DNA of 64,000 nt from Aulosira sp. ZfuVER01 (GCA_034530615.2 JAVRCV020000083.1:1-64000), one strand, 5' to 3'. Counted from the stretch's first letter, positions 12,833-23,820 are shown. The notes: generated by a model not told the origin, from the sequence alone. Numbers and translations are program-made.

Positions 12833-12934
12833 ACAGCTTGAAATAGACTATGAGAAACTACTGTAACTCAGTATTTGCTGTTAGATAGTTTACTTAAGTG
12901 GGAATACTAGACACCAAGTCTTGAGGAACTCAGT

Positions 12935-13720
12935 ATGAAATGCCTCCAGTGGATGGCATGGTGTTTTGTAGCCTTTATACTTGCTGTTTGGTTAGGAAGT
13001 TGCTCCTCCCCGCCGAAACAAGTGGTGAGCTTAAATTTTGGTGCGGCGGGTATGGTGCGCACTGCCCTACAAGAAATTGAAGACCTCTACCAGGAGGAAC
13101 ATCCCAATGTTGTAGTTCACTCCCTCTTTGCTGGTTCTGGCGTAATCAAAGAGGCAATTGAGCAGGGAGAACCCTTTGATGGGATTTTATTGGCAGATAT
13201 CCCACCCCTTGATGAGTTACAAACAAAGGGGTTAATTACACCCGAAAGCCGCAAGGAATTACTGACTACCGACATTGTATTGATTGCTTCTGCTAATTCT
13301 TCAGTGCAAATTTCTGATTTTCGGCAATTAGCGGACGATCGCATTAAAACCGTAGCTATAGGCAGCCAAAATCTCGCAGTTGGTCGATATACCGATACCC
13401 TACTGACTAAGTTGGGTATTAAGCAGACAGTGGAGTCAAAGGCACTTGTGGTCAAGGTGGATGTAAGGGAAGTCTTACGAGCCGTTGAACAAAAAGAAGC
13501 GGAGGTAGGCATCACTTTCCTCTCAGAAGCCAAAAGCTCTGCCGATGTGCAAGTGTTAACCACCGCATCAAAAGATTTTTATGAACCAATCCGATCCGGT
13601 GTCGCTATTGTCAAAGGCTCTCCTCATCGCCAGGAAATGCAAGCTTATCTAGACTTTTTAAGCAGCCCTAAAGCAATGGCAGTATTTCAGAAATTTGGAC
13701 TCCGTCCTCTACGCTCATAA
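12935..13720 (+). CDS. modA: molybdate ABC transporter substrate-binding lipoprotein
   Basis: Lipobox LGSC; FAGSG..(K)EAIEQG, AVGRY and DVREVL..VE..EAEVG motifs of ModA. Confidence 0.8.
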   Translation: MKCLQWMAWCFVAFILAVWLGSCSSPPKQVVSLNFGAAGMVRTALQEIEDLYQEEHPNVVVHSLFAGSGVIKEAIEQGEPFDGILLADIPPLDELQTKGLITPESRKELLTTDIVLIASANSSVQISDFRQLADDRIKTVAIGSQNLAVGRYTDTLLTKLGIKQTVESKALVVKVDVREVLRAVEQKEAEVGITFLSEAKSSADVQVLTTASKDFYEPIRSGVAIVKGSPHRQEMQAYLDFLSSPKAMAVFQKFGLRPLRS

Positions 13721-13736
13721 GCAAAACGAATCAGAG

Positions 13737-16232
13737 ATGAAACAAAAATCTAACTTTCTGAGAACTATTACTGGGAGCTTGGCAATAACCACCTTCGTAG
13801 CATTAACAGTCAGTGGCATAGCATTTTGGAGTGCCAACCGGACATTAGAAATCAACCAGCAAATGGCCGAAGATTTGGAAACTCTGAATGCTGTAGAATC
13901 TGTGAGCAGCGCTTTGAAAGATACCGAAAATCTTCAGAGGCAATACTTGCTGACAGGAAATCAACAGACCTTCAGGGCATTTGGTATTCGGATGATCGAT
14001 GTCGATCAACAAATGCGGCGATTGCAAAGCTTGCTCGACAAAGAGTCTGGTGAACAAATAGCTGGCGATCGCTTAGAAGCATTCACGATTCAACGCCTAC
14101 GACAACTGCGGCAAAGCATTGAACTCAGGCAAACCAAAGGGCTAAATGCCGCAATTGACCGATCGCCAACGCAACTACTTGATGAGGCGACCTTGCTGAT
14201 ACAGCAGATAAAATCCACAGAAACCGTAGAGTTACGGCACAAACAGCAAGCTGCCACTAACACTGCCATTCAGGCAATGGGGGCGTTTTTGGTGGGTATT
14301 TTCTTTAACTTGATAATCATTTTCTGGACTTACCATTTAATTCGCAGAGAAACCTGGAAACGGAATCAGGTAGAAATCGACCTTCAGCAAAGCAACCAGA
14401 AATTCCAAGAACAAACCATCCTCATGCAACAAATCCTTAACTGCATGAGCGATGGAGTGGTTGTCGCCGATGAAAATTATCAATTTTTGGTTGTTAACCC
14501 TGCGGCTGAACAGATGTTTGACACAGAAGTTCTTGAGGGTCAGCCAGAAGAATGGTCGCAGCAGTATGGACTATTTCAACCCGATCGAGTAACTTTGATA
14601 CCCCAAGAGCAGCTTCCCATAGTTCGCGCTGTTCGTGGTGAGGAAGTAGATAATGTAGAAATTTTTATCCGGAATCGGAAAATTCCTGAGGGTTTGTGGG
14701 TGACGTTTAGTGGCAGACCGCTAAAAGATCAAAGTGGGGTATTGATAGGGGGGGTGATCGTTTGCCGCGATATTAGCAATCGCAAGTCCGCAGAATTCGA
14801 GATATTGAAAGCGAAGGAAGCGGCGGAAGTTGCCAACCTTGCCAAGAGCGAATTTCTTGCTAACATGAACCACGAACTGCGAACTCCGTTGAATGGTATT
14901 TTGGGCTATGCTCAGATTCTCCAGCGCGACCCCACTACCACCCCTAAGCAGCAGAAGGGATTAGGGGTGATTTACCAGTGTGGTTCCCACCTGCTGACCT
15001 TGATTAACGACATTCTGGATCTCTCCAAACTGGAAGTACAGAAGATGGATCTTTATCCCCAGGATTTCCACTTCGCCAACTTCCTCAACACCACAGTCGA
15101 AATCTGCCGCATCAAAGCCGAACAAAAGGGTATTGCTTTCCATTACCACCCCGCCAACTTACCCACCGCCGTCCATGCCGATGACAAACGCTTAAGGTAA
15201 GTGTTACTAAATTTACTTAGTAATGCAGTTAAATTTACGGATTTTGGCAGTGTGAAATTTATAGTTGAAGCATTAGGAAATCAAGAAACAGCAGGCACTT
15301 CATTAACAAGAATTCGCTTCCGAGTTGAAGATACGGGCATCGGCATCCCAGCAGAAAAGTTACAATCCATCTTTTTACCTTTTGAGCAGGCTGGAAAGCG
15401 CGATCGCAACAGCGAAGGCACGGGATTAGGATTAGCAATTAGTCAGCAAATTGTCCAAATGATGGGCAGTTCTATCCAGGTCAACAGTACTCTGGGTAAG
15501 GGCAGCAGCTTCTGGTTTGAAGTGGATATGCTTGCTGCTGCCGATTGGCTCAATCGCAGTGGATCTAGCAATCAAAAGGTAATTGGCTACCAGGGCGAAC
15601 GGCGCAAAATCTTGGTGATTGACGATCGCCAAGAAAACCGTGCTGTGGTAATGGGGATGCTGGCACCCTTGGGCTTCAAACTGGCGGAAGCCGATGATGG
15701 GCAAGCAGGATTGGATCGAGCGCTTCAGATGCGCCCGGATTTAATTGTTACCGATGTGATGATGTCAAAGATGAATGGGCTGGAAATGACCCGTCGCTTG
15801 CGTCAGTTGCCAGATTTTGTCAGAACACCAATTATTGCTTCCCCTGCTAGTTTGTCACAAGTGGATATGCAGGAGGCAATAGATGCGGGTTGCAGTAGCT
15901 TTTTTCCCAAGCCGATAGAGTTTACCGCCTTGCTGGGGGAATTGCAACGCCACTTAGAGTTGCAATGGATTTACGAAACCCTACCGGAAGTGGCTGAATC
16001 GTCTGTTGTCGTTGCCAATCCGGTGGATTTGGTGGTGCCGTTAGCAGCAGAACTGGCCGCTATCTACCAAGCAGCCCAGGATGGCTTTATGAGCGATATC
16101 CAGCAAGAAGCCAATCGCCTCAAGGAAATTAATCCCCAGTACACACCCTTTGCGAATAAGCTGCTAGAACTGAGTCAGAAATTTGACGACGAAGCCATTC
16201 TCACTTTATTAGAACCGCATATTTCACCCTGA
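13737..16232 (+). pseudogene. hybrid sensor histidine kinase (CHASE3-PAS-HisKA-HATPase-REC) interrupted by an in-frame stop
   Basis: TM-CHASE3 (E…R.YLLTG)-[25 protein letters not shown] has TAA at 15198-15200 where paralogs have KRLRQVL. The frame continues to GTGLGL and REC. Confidence 0.85.
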
Positions 16233-16271
16233 ACGGAGCCGAAGGGTTAATTTATTTTTAGGAGTTAAACC

Positions 16272-17573
16272 ATGTCCGTTGACAGCACAGCCCCAACCGG
16301 AACCATTTTAGTAGTTGATGATAACCCTACCAACATTCAAGTGTTGTTCGATGTCTTGAGTGAGATTGGTTATCGGGTAGCGATCGCCAAAAGTGGCGAA
16401 GCCGCCCTACAACGTGTCCAGTCCTACCATCCCGATATTATTTTGCTAGATGTGATGATGCCAGGAATCGATGGCTTTGAAACCTGTCAACGGCTCAAAG
16501 CCGACTCAACTACCCGCGACATTCCGGTAATTTTTATGACTGCCCTCTCTGACTCAGTGGATAAAGTCAAAGGTCTGAGTCTGGGTGCAGTAGATTACAT
16601 TACTAAGCCTATCCAACACGAAGAAGCCCTAGCCCGGATTCGCGTACACCTACAACTACGTGAGTCGCAAAAATCCTTACAACAACAGACTGCCGAACTC
16701 TCCCAAGCATTAGAAAACCTCAAGCAGGCACAGGTGCATCTAGTACAAAGCGAAAAAATGTCATCACTCGGTCAAATGATGGCGGGTGTAGCCCATGAAA
16801 TCAACAATCCCGTGAATTTTATCCATGCCAATCTTGCCCCCGCCAAAGAATACATCAAGGATTTGCTGAATTTTATCGAGTTATATCGCCAATGCCATCC
16901 TCAATCCCACTCCCAAATTCAACAATGGATGGACGAGGTAGATATCGACTATTTACAAGCAGATTTGCCCAAGCTTCTAGATTCATTGAAACTGGGGAGC
17001 GATCGCATCCGCCAACTTGTGGTGTCGTTACGTAATTTTTCTCGCTTAGATGAATCGGGAACTCAGCTAGTCGATTTGCACGCAGGCATTGAAAGCACCC
17101 TGTTACTCTTGCAACATCGCCTCAAACCAAGACCCGAACATCCTGGCATTCAGGTTGTGCGAGACTATGGACAACTGCCATTAGTGGAATGCTACCCCAG
17201 TCAACTCAATCAGGTGTTCATGAATATTCTCGGTAATGCCATTGATGCCTTAGAAGAAAGAGATCAAAAACTCAGCCTTGAGGATACCCAAGCAATTCCC
17301 AGCAAAATTTCTATCCGTACTGAACACCTACAAGATGAGACCATTACCATCAGCATTGCTGATAACGGTTGCGGCATTGAAGAAAACGCTAATTTACAAC
17401 TGTTTGAACCATTTTTCACTACCAAACCCATTGGCAAAGGCACTGGATTGGGCCTTTCCATCAGCTATCAGATTGTTACCCAAAAACACGGTGGTAAAAT
17501 CTACTGCCATTCTACACCAGGGATGGGCGCTGAGTTTACGATCGCAATTCCGGTTCACCAAGCTGTTTGTTAG
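16272..17573 (+). CDS. REC-HisKA-HATPase hybrid response regulator/kinase
   Basis: ILVVDD, LLDVMMPG, AHEINNPVNF and TTKPIGKGTGLGL motifs. Confidence 0.92.
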   Translation: MSVDSTAPTGTILVVDDNPTNIQVLFDVLSEIGYRVAIAKSGEAALQRVQSYHPDIILLDVMMPGIDGFETCQRLKADSTTRDIPVIFMTALSDSVDKVKGLSLGAVDYITKPIQHEEALARIRVHLQLRESQKSLQQQTAELSQALENLKQAQVHLVQSEKMSSLGQMMAGVAHEINNPVNFIHANLAPAKEYIKDLLNFIELYRQCHPQSHSQIQQWMDEVDIDYLQADLPKLLDSLKLGSDRIRQLVVSLRNFSRLDESGTQLVDLHAGIESTLLLLQHRLKPRPEHPGIQVVRDYGQLPLVECYPSQLNQVFMNILGNAIDALEERDQKLSLEDTQAIPSKISIRTEHLQDETITISIADNGCGIEENANLQLFEPFFTTKPIGKGTGLGLSISYQIVTQKHGGKIYCHSTPGMGAEFTIAIPVHQAVC

Positions 17574-17574
17574 G

Positions 17575-17655
17575 TTTGTCATTTGTCAACAGTCAACAGT
17601 CATTAGTTCTTTCTCTTCTGCTCTCTTGTCCATGCCCCATGCCCCATGCCCAATC
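17575..17655. repeat. STRR heptamer repeats
   Basis: TTTGTCA, ACAGTCA and CATGCCC tandem units between convergent genes. Confidence 0.7.
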
Positions 17656-18019
17656 TCACCCAACAACAGATTCAATAGCACGCAATAATTGTTGTTTGGT
17701 AAAAGGCTTAGTTAAATAAACATCTGCACCTTGTTTCATCCCCCAAATCCGGTCGATATCTTTATTTTTAGAACTACAAATAATAATCGGTATTTTTTCT
17801 GTTGCTGGATTTTTTTTTAGTTGCCGACAAAATTCAAATCCGCTCAGTCCTGGCATAACTACATCGGTAACGATCGCATCCGGTTGGTGATTGATTGCTT
17901 GCTCTAAACCATCTTTAGCATCGTAGGCTTTAAGTACGATGTATCCACTATCTTTAAGATAACTGTTAATTAATTCTAACTGAGATGGAGTATCTTCAAC
18001 AACTAAAACTGTAGCCATA
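17656..18019 (-). CDS. CheY/PilH-like single-domain response regulator
   Basis: MATVLVVEDT…TDVVMPG…WGMKQGADVYLTKPF. Confidence 0.9.
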
Positions 18020-18063
18020 TTGCTTCCAAATCGCAATTAAAAGTAGGATATTTTTGACGTTAA

Positions 18064-19467
18064 TTAAGCCAAATGCATAAAGACAAGCTTCAGCAATTCT
18101 GCACGGGTAAAAGGTTTAGTGAGATAACCAGAAGCCCCTACTAAATTAGCCTTAACTTTATCTACAAGCCCCTTATTAGCTGTTACGAAGATGATGGGAG
18201 TATTTTTGAACATTGAATTATTACGTATAATTCGGCACAACTCGTAACCATCAATGCCTGCCATATTCAAATCCAGTAAAATTAAGTCTGGTTTATGCCT
18301 AATAATTGACATAACAGCTTTTAATGGATCGTCAATAGTCACTACAGAAAAATTTTCATCTTCTAAGAAACGACTAATTTCTTTAAGAATAGTAGGACTA
18401 TCATCTACAGAAATGATTTTGTAGACTTTTTTAGCAGTAGCAGTAGCAGTAGTTACTCTTTCAGGAGCGAAATCTATGTTATTTGGTATTGTTAATTCCT
18501 GAAACTTGTCTGGAGAACGAGAAGAAATATATGGTAATTCTTCAATAGGCGCTATATCATCTAAAGGAATGTCTAAAAAGCCTTCAGCATCTGTACTACT
18601 TGTTTCTACTACAGTCTCAACGAATTCTTTTTTAGCTGGTTCTGTAATGTATTGAGGAGAGGCTGATAATTCACCAGATGTCTTTGGTAATTTATCAAAT
18701 GGTGGGTCTGCTTCATGCAAGATAATCCCGCCATTAACGATGTAATGGTATAAGTTTTGCACCAATTGGATTTCATCTTGGTTCATGATTACCGCAAGAT
18801 GACGTAGGCTAAAACCTTTCATCCAGTTAGTTAAGTTTGGTTGCAAATCTAAGAAAGCTGGATTTTGGATGGATTTTTTGATAAACAGGTAGGGACGCTG
18901 ATAAGGAGAAGAAATGTGAGGCGCAAAAGCTTGCCAACGCTGTAATCTTGCTTGGCAACGTTCTATAATTTTTTCTACTTCCAGCCTACAAATTTTTGGC
19001 GGATTATCAGGTAAATTGCTGAATTCAAAGTTACCTACTTTGATTAACAGCCATGATTCAATCACTTCTTTAACTAATTCTTGAATTAGGACTGCTGCTT
19101 GAGTGGAGTGCAAATGTCCTTGTTCAACTAGCCAAGTAATAGCTTGGTACTCAGGAGGTTCAGCAGCTAAAGTAGTATGCTGTTCTAGCAATTGACTTGG
19201 GGAGTCAACTTCAAAAATCAGACGTAATTGGATGCGAATTTGACTATTGAGCAGGGGAATTTGCTGACTCAGACGACGTAAATGGCGTTCTAATCGATCA
19301 AATGGTTCGACTGAGTGAGTAGCATAGGTTATTTTGCCCTGTTCTAGGTAAATAGTCCAAGTAACTGAGTTGCTAAATGCTCGCAAACAGATGCTGTCAG
19401 AACTTTTAGATAACTGACTTAACAAACTCTGAGGACGTAGTTTAGTGAATGTGCCAGAAAGATTCAT
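18064..19467 (-). CDS. PatA-family response regulator (PATAN + REC)
   Basis: N-terminal W.IYLEQGKI.YA PATAN-like region, SPYQRPY linker, C-terminal REC (VDDSP, LLDLNM, YLTKPF). Confidence 0.85.
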   Translation of the reverse strand: MNLSGTFTKLRPQSLLSQLSKSSDSICLRAFSNSVTWTIYLEQGKITYATHSVEPFDRLERHLRRLSQQIPLLNSQIRIQLRLIFEVDSPSQLLEQHTTLAAEPPEYQAITWLVEQGHLHSTQAAVLIQELVKEVIESWLLIKVGNFEFSNLPDNPPKICRLEVEKIIERCQARLQRWQAFAPHISSPYQRPYLFIKKSIQNPAFLDLQPNLTNWMKGFSLRHLAVIMNQDEIQLVQNLYHYIVNGGIILHEADPPFDKLPKTSGELSASPQYITEPAKKEFVETVVETSSTDAEGFLDIPLDDIAPIEELPYISSRSPDKFQELTIPNNIDFAPERVTTATATAKKVYKIISVDDSPTILKEISRFLEDENFSVVTIDDPLKAVMSIIRHKPDLILLDLNMAGIDGYELCRIIRNNSMFKNTPIIFVTANKGLVDKVKANLVGASGYLTKPFTRAELLKLVFMHLA

Positions 19468-19479
19468 ATTATCGAGTTT

Positions 19480-19508
19480 TCCGGAAAATCAACGTGAATC
19501 TAAGTAAG
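19480..19508 (+). promoter_or_regulatory. candidate DIF1 heterocyst-specific promoter
   Basis: TCCGGA-N18-GTAAG upstream of the vWA-PP2C-kinase operon. Confidence 0.35.
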
Positions 19509-20075
19509 GTTGAAATAATGGTCATGAGGCATTTTTTATTTTCAATTTTTCTTTAAGAACAAATTATTTCTAGAATATATGCGCATATCTCACAATCCAT
19601 AAACACCACAGTATAGCTCGTTTGTTAAATTTTGTACTGATACTGAAGCCTGGTATTTTTCTGGTGCTTTTGACTTTTAATTGACATATTTACCTAAGGA
19701 AAATTCTGATGGCTACAATGTTAAGTTCGCAATATTTATTTTTTTCATATAAAACAGGGGGTTTCTACACAAAAGCTTTAAACTTTTTTGCAGGCAGCAG
19801 TATGTATTTATTGTATTGTGGGTTTACGATAACTATGAAGTTTAGTAGATGCTTTAATAAAGTTAATGTAAACCTTAGGTAATTTCCCTTTTACTCAACT
19901 ATGTCTTAGTTAAGATTCTCTTGAAGATGTAGAGAATTGAGTAAGAATATTATTATTAATAAAGGTTAAGGAATCTACCAAAGAATATGTTAAATGTAGT
20001 TTTTGCAACCCTGAAAACTATATACTTTGAGTAAAAGGAAACAAGAATTTGGATTATAACATAACACAAAAAGTT

Positions 20076-20750
20076 ATGCATGATACCTTAAGACTTGATG
20101 AAGTCGTAGAATTTGCTGAAAACCCAGAGCCGCGTTGTCCTTGCGTATTATTACTAGATACGTCTGGTTCTATGCAAGGAGATGCTATTGAAGCTTTAAA
20201 TCAGGGCTTGCTGAGTTTAAAGGATGAATTAGTCAAGAACTCCTTAGCAGCTAGACGAGTTGAAGTAGCAATAGTCACGTTTGACAGTAATGTCAACGTA
20301 GTGCAAGACTTTGTGACTGCCGACCAATTTAACCCACCAATCCTAACAGCGCAAGGGTTAACGACAATGGGTTCTGGCATTCATAAAGCATTGGACATGA
20401 TTCAAGAGCGCAAATCTCAATATCGTGCCAATGGTATTGCTTACTATCGTCCTTGGGTATTCATGATCACTGATGGCGAACCACAGGGTGAACTAGACCA
20501 TGTGGTAGAGCAAGCAACTAAACGTTTACAAGGTGATGAAGCCAACAAGCGTGTAGCATTTTTTACAGTCGGTGTAGAAAATGCCAACATGACACGTTTA
20601 AATCAAATAGCTGTGCGTACACCGCTGAAACTGAAGGGACTCAATTTTATTGAGATGTTCGTTTGGTTGTCAGCTAGTATGTCAGCGGTTTCGCACTCTC
20701 AGGTAGATGAGCAAGTAGCACTACCACCTATTGGCTGGGGTACTGTTTAA
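20076..20750 (+). CDS. vWA domain protein (TerY-like)
   Basis: LLLDTSGSM MIDAS motif, YYRPWVFMITDGEP, FVWLSASM. Confidence 0.9.
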   Translation: MHDTLRLDEVVEFAENPEPRCPCVLLLDTSGSMQGDAIEALNQGLLSLKDELVKNSLAARRVEVAIVTFDSNVNVVQDFVTADQFNPPILTAQGLTTMGSGIHKALDMIQERKSQYRANGIAYYRPWVFMITDGEPQGELDHVVEQATKRLQGDEANKRVAFFTVGVENANMTRLNQIAVRTPLKLKGLNFIEMFVWLSASMSAVSHSQVDEQVALPPIGWGTV

Positions 20751-20798
20751 TAAAAGTTGCAGCTTGATATAACACAGCTAGCTGTTGCAATAAAACTT

Positions 20799-21602
20799 AT
20801 GAATATATCAAAACAGATACCTCAATGGCGGGTGGTAGCGGCCTCTGTATGTGGTACAAGCCATTTAAAAAACAAACAGCTGTGTCAGGATGCTCACCAC
20901 TGGCAATTATTATCGGATAATGTGTTGGTGGCAGCAGCAGCAGATGGTGCAGGTTCAGCGATCCAAGGAAAAGTTGGGGCGATGATTGCTGTGGAAACAG
21001 CAATAGAGAACATCTCGATGAAAGAAGTGACGCGCGATGCTTTAGCTGATGATGAGATTGTGCGATCGCTTTTGACAGACGCACTGCTAGCCGCAAGAAA
21101 AGCAGTGGAAGATGAAGCCGCTGCTAGCGATCAACAAATTCAGGATTTAGCAACTACCTTAATTGTGATGGTCGCCACGCCAGAAATGGTAGCGGTGGCT
21201 CAGATTGGTGATGGCGTGGCAGTAGCGAAAGATAGTATGGGTAATCTCCTGGCATTAACCATACCTGACAGTGGTGAATACATCAACGAAACCACGTTTT
21301 TGACTTCGCCGGGAGCTTTAGAAACAGCACAAATGAGATTATGGCGTGAAGACATAGTCAACATTGGCGTTCTCACCGATGGACTACAAATGCTGGCTTT
21401 AAATATGGTTGTTGGCGAACCGCATAAACCATTCTTTTTTCCTTTATTCGACTTTGTGGCGAATACTGAGGATAAGACAGTAGCTAAAGAACAGTTAGTC
21501 AAATTCTTAGGCTCAGAGCGAATCACACAGCGTACCGATGACGATCTCACACTGATCATCGCCGCACTCAACCAACCATCAGCAATGATTCCCCCAACTT
21601 GA
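20799..21602 (+). CDS. PP2C-family serine/threonine phosphatase (TerY-P triad type)
   Basis: GTSH…CQDA, ADGAGSA, IGDG, EYINETTF, TDG and DDDLT motifs. Confidence 0.9.
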   Translation: MNISKQIPQWRVVAASVCGTSHLKNKQLCQDAHHWQLLSDNVLVAAAADGAGSAIQGKVGAMIAVETAIENISMKEVTRDALADDEIVRSLLTDALLAARKAVEDEAAASDQQIQDLATTLIVMVATPEMVAVAQIGDGVAVAKDSMGNLLALTIPDSGEYINETTFLTSPGALETAQMRLWREDIVNIGVLTDGLQMLALNMVVGEPHKPFFFPLFDFVANTEDKTVAKEQLVKFLGSERITQRTDDDLTLIIAALNQPSAMIPPT

Positions 21603-21639
21603 GCATTTTTAAGTAACCCCCGTTAACCGTGACTTTATC

Positions 21640-23820
21640 ATGCAGGTACTACGTTGTCTTCCCAAACAAGAAATTCTCAACCTTAACGTCAGTTTAGGAC
21701 GTGGTGGTGAGGCTTGTATCTATGCGGTGCCATCTCAGAGTAATTTGGTGGCCAAAGTTTATCACAAACCTACAGTAGCCCACGCTTACAAACTCCAAGC
21801 CATGCTGGCCAATCCGCCAGAAAATCCGACAGCAAGTTTAGGGCATATTTCCATTGCTTGGCCGCTGGATTTATTGCGAGCAGTAGATGGTAGCGATCGC
21901 ATTATTGGCTTTTTAATGCCACGCATTCGCGGGATGCGTCCAATCATTGACTTTTACAACCCCAGAACCCGCCGTCAACATTGTCCTTTATTTAACTATC
22001 AATACCTGCTGCGCACAGCGCGAAATTTAGCAGCAGCTTTTGCCGCTTTGCATAATAGTGGATATTGTATTGGCGATGTCAATGAATCCAATATCCTGGT
22101 GAGCGACACCGCACTGGTAACTTTAGTAGACACAGACTCCTTCCAAGTTACCGATCCCGATAGCAATGCTGTTTACCGTTGCCCAGTAGGCAAACCAGAG
22201 TTTACACCACCAGAACTCCAGAATAAGATTTTTTCCCATTACGATCGCGAAATTACTCATGACTTGTTTGGGTTAGGAGTGCTGATATTCCAACTGTTAA
22301 TGGAAGGTACTCACCCATTTTCGGGGATTTACCAAGGTGCTGGCGAACCACCCGCCTACGAATCACGCATTGCAGCCGGTCATTTCACTTACAGTAGAAA
22401 GCGGCAAGTACCTTATCTAGCGACTCCCGTTGCACCCGCTTGGGAAATTCTCCATCCCGCCTTGCAAGATCTATTTTTGCGTTGTTTTGAAGATGGACAT
22501 CAAGACCCCCATCTGCGGCCTAGCGCTCAAACCTGGCTATCAGCAATAGCAGAAGCCGAAGACAGCCTTGTTACCTGTAGTGTCAATCCTCAGCATAACT
22601 ACAACAGGCACCTGAATGGATGTCCTTGGTGCGAACGTACCCTGCGCTTAGGTGGACGCGATCCGTTTCCATCACATCAAGCGATCGCCGCTAAAGAACA
22701 TCTTAAACCGCGAATTCCCGCGAAAAAGCGCTACAATCAACCGACCCACAGACCACAGCAGCCAGTGGCTCCCTTGCCAACTTATAATTGGCAGCCAAGC
22801 TATACCCAAAAAACACCTTTTTATCAAAAGCTGAAGCAGCAGAAGTTTTACCCTGTGGCCTTGTGCGTGCTAGGTTTTGGCTTGTTGGGATATTTGGATA
22901 TGAAGGTGAATTTTACTAGCTCCTTTGTATCCAAAAATGCCTATACTCAGCAAACTTTAATGTCTCGCCAGACACAGAAGAACAACAATCTCAGCTTTGC
23001 TGATTATTACAAACAAGGTCATGCGGCTTACAAAGTGCGAGATTACGCACGCGCCATTGAAAATTTTAACCAAGCGCTAGAAAAAGATCCTCAACACGCC
23101 AAAGCTCATGTTAACCGAGGTAATGCTCGTTACAACATGAAAGACTATGAAGGAGCGCTCACAGACTATACCGAAGCGCTGCAAATCAATCCGCGAGAAA
23201 TCAAAGCTTTTGTGAATCGGGGTAATGTTCGCTATATGCTTGCTGAATACAGCAACGATCCCGATCGGGAGTATACCTTAGCGATCGCCGATTTTAATAA
23301 TGCACTGCGCCTAAATGGTAAAGAAGTTGAAGCTTACATCAGAAGGGGTGTTGTCCGTTCCCAAGTTGCTAAATATAGCGGCGACTCCCAACAAGATTAT
23401 CAGCTAGCAGTCAATGATTTTACGCAAGCAATTAATCTCAATCCATCAAAAGCAGAAGCTTACTTCCAACGGGGTATTGTCCATTCGCAAATAGCCCAAT
23501 ATAGCAGTAATTACATTCAAGAGTACAACAATGCGATCGCTGATTTTGATCAAGCATTAAGCATCAACTCGAAAATTAGCAAAATATACCTTAAACGAGG
23601 TATGATTCGCTACGAACTTTCACAATATGGTGGTCGAGAATCAGAGGCAAACCGTCTCAAAGCAATTGATGATTTGCAGACATCTGCCAAAGTTGCTCTC
23701 GAGCAAGAAGATATGGAGAATTATCAACAAGCACTCAGTAGCCTCTGTATTGTTGTTGAAAACAAATGTGATGCTTTATTCCAAAATACAAATATGTTGG
23801 ATTCGGGAGACACAAAGTAG
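21640..23820 (+). CDS. TerY-P-type protein kinase with zinc ribbon, TM helix and TPR repeats
   Basis: LGRGGEA, VAKVY, IGDVNESNILV, VDTDSF, TPPE; C..NPQH…CPWC; hydrophobic segment; multiple A..NRG TPR repeats. Confidence 0.9.
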   Translation: MQVLRCLPKQEILNLNVSLGRGGEACIYAVPSQSNLVAKVYHKPTVAHAYKLQAMLANPPENPTASLGHISIAWPLDLLRAVDGSDRIIGFLMPRIRGMRPIIDFYNPRTRRQHCPLFNYQYLLRTARNLAAAFAALHNSGYCIGDVNESNILVSDTALVTLVDTDSFQVTDPDSNAVYRCPVGKPEFTPPELQNKIFSHYDREITHDLFGLGVLIFQLLMEGTHPFSGIYQGAGEPPAYESRIAAGHFTYSRKRQVPYLATPVAPAWEILHPALQDLFLRCFEDGHQDPHLRPSAQTWLSAIAEAEDSLVTCSVNPQHNYNRHLNGCPWCERTLRLGGRDPFPSHQAIAAKEHLKPRIPAKKRYNQPTHRPQQPVAPLPTYNWQPSYTQKTPFYQKLKQQKFYPVALCVLGFGLLGYLDMKVNFTSSFVSKNAYTQQTLMSRQTQKNNNLSFADYYKQGHAAYKVRDYARAIENFNQALEKDPQHAKAHVNRGNARYNMKDYEGALTDYTEALQINPREIKAFVNRGNVRYMLAEYSNDPDREYTLAIADFNNALRLNGKEVEAYIRRGVVRSQVAKYSGDSQQDYQLAVNDFTQAINLNPSKAEAYFQRGIVHSQIAQYSSNYIQEYNNAIADFDQALSINSKISKIYLKRGMIRYELSQYGGRESEANRLKAIDDLQTSAKVALEQEDMENYQQALSSLCIVVENKCDALFQNTNMLDSGDTK

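Noticed and set aside
19500..20075. NtcA boxes in the long intergenic region
   Set aside because: No clean GTA-N8-TAC found by eye
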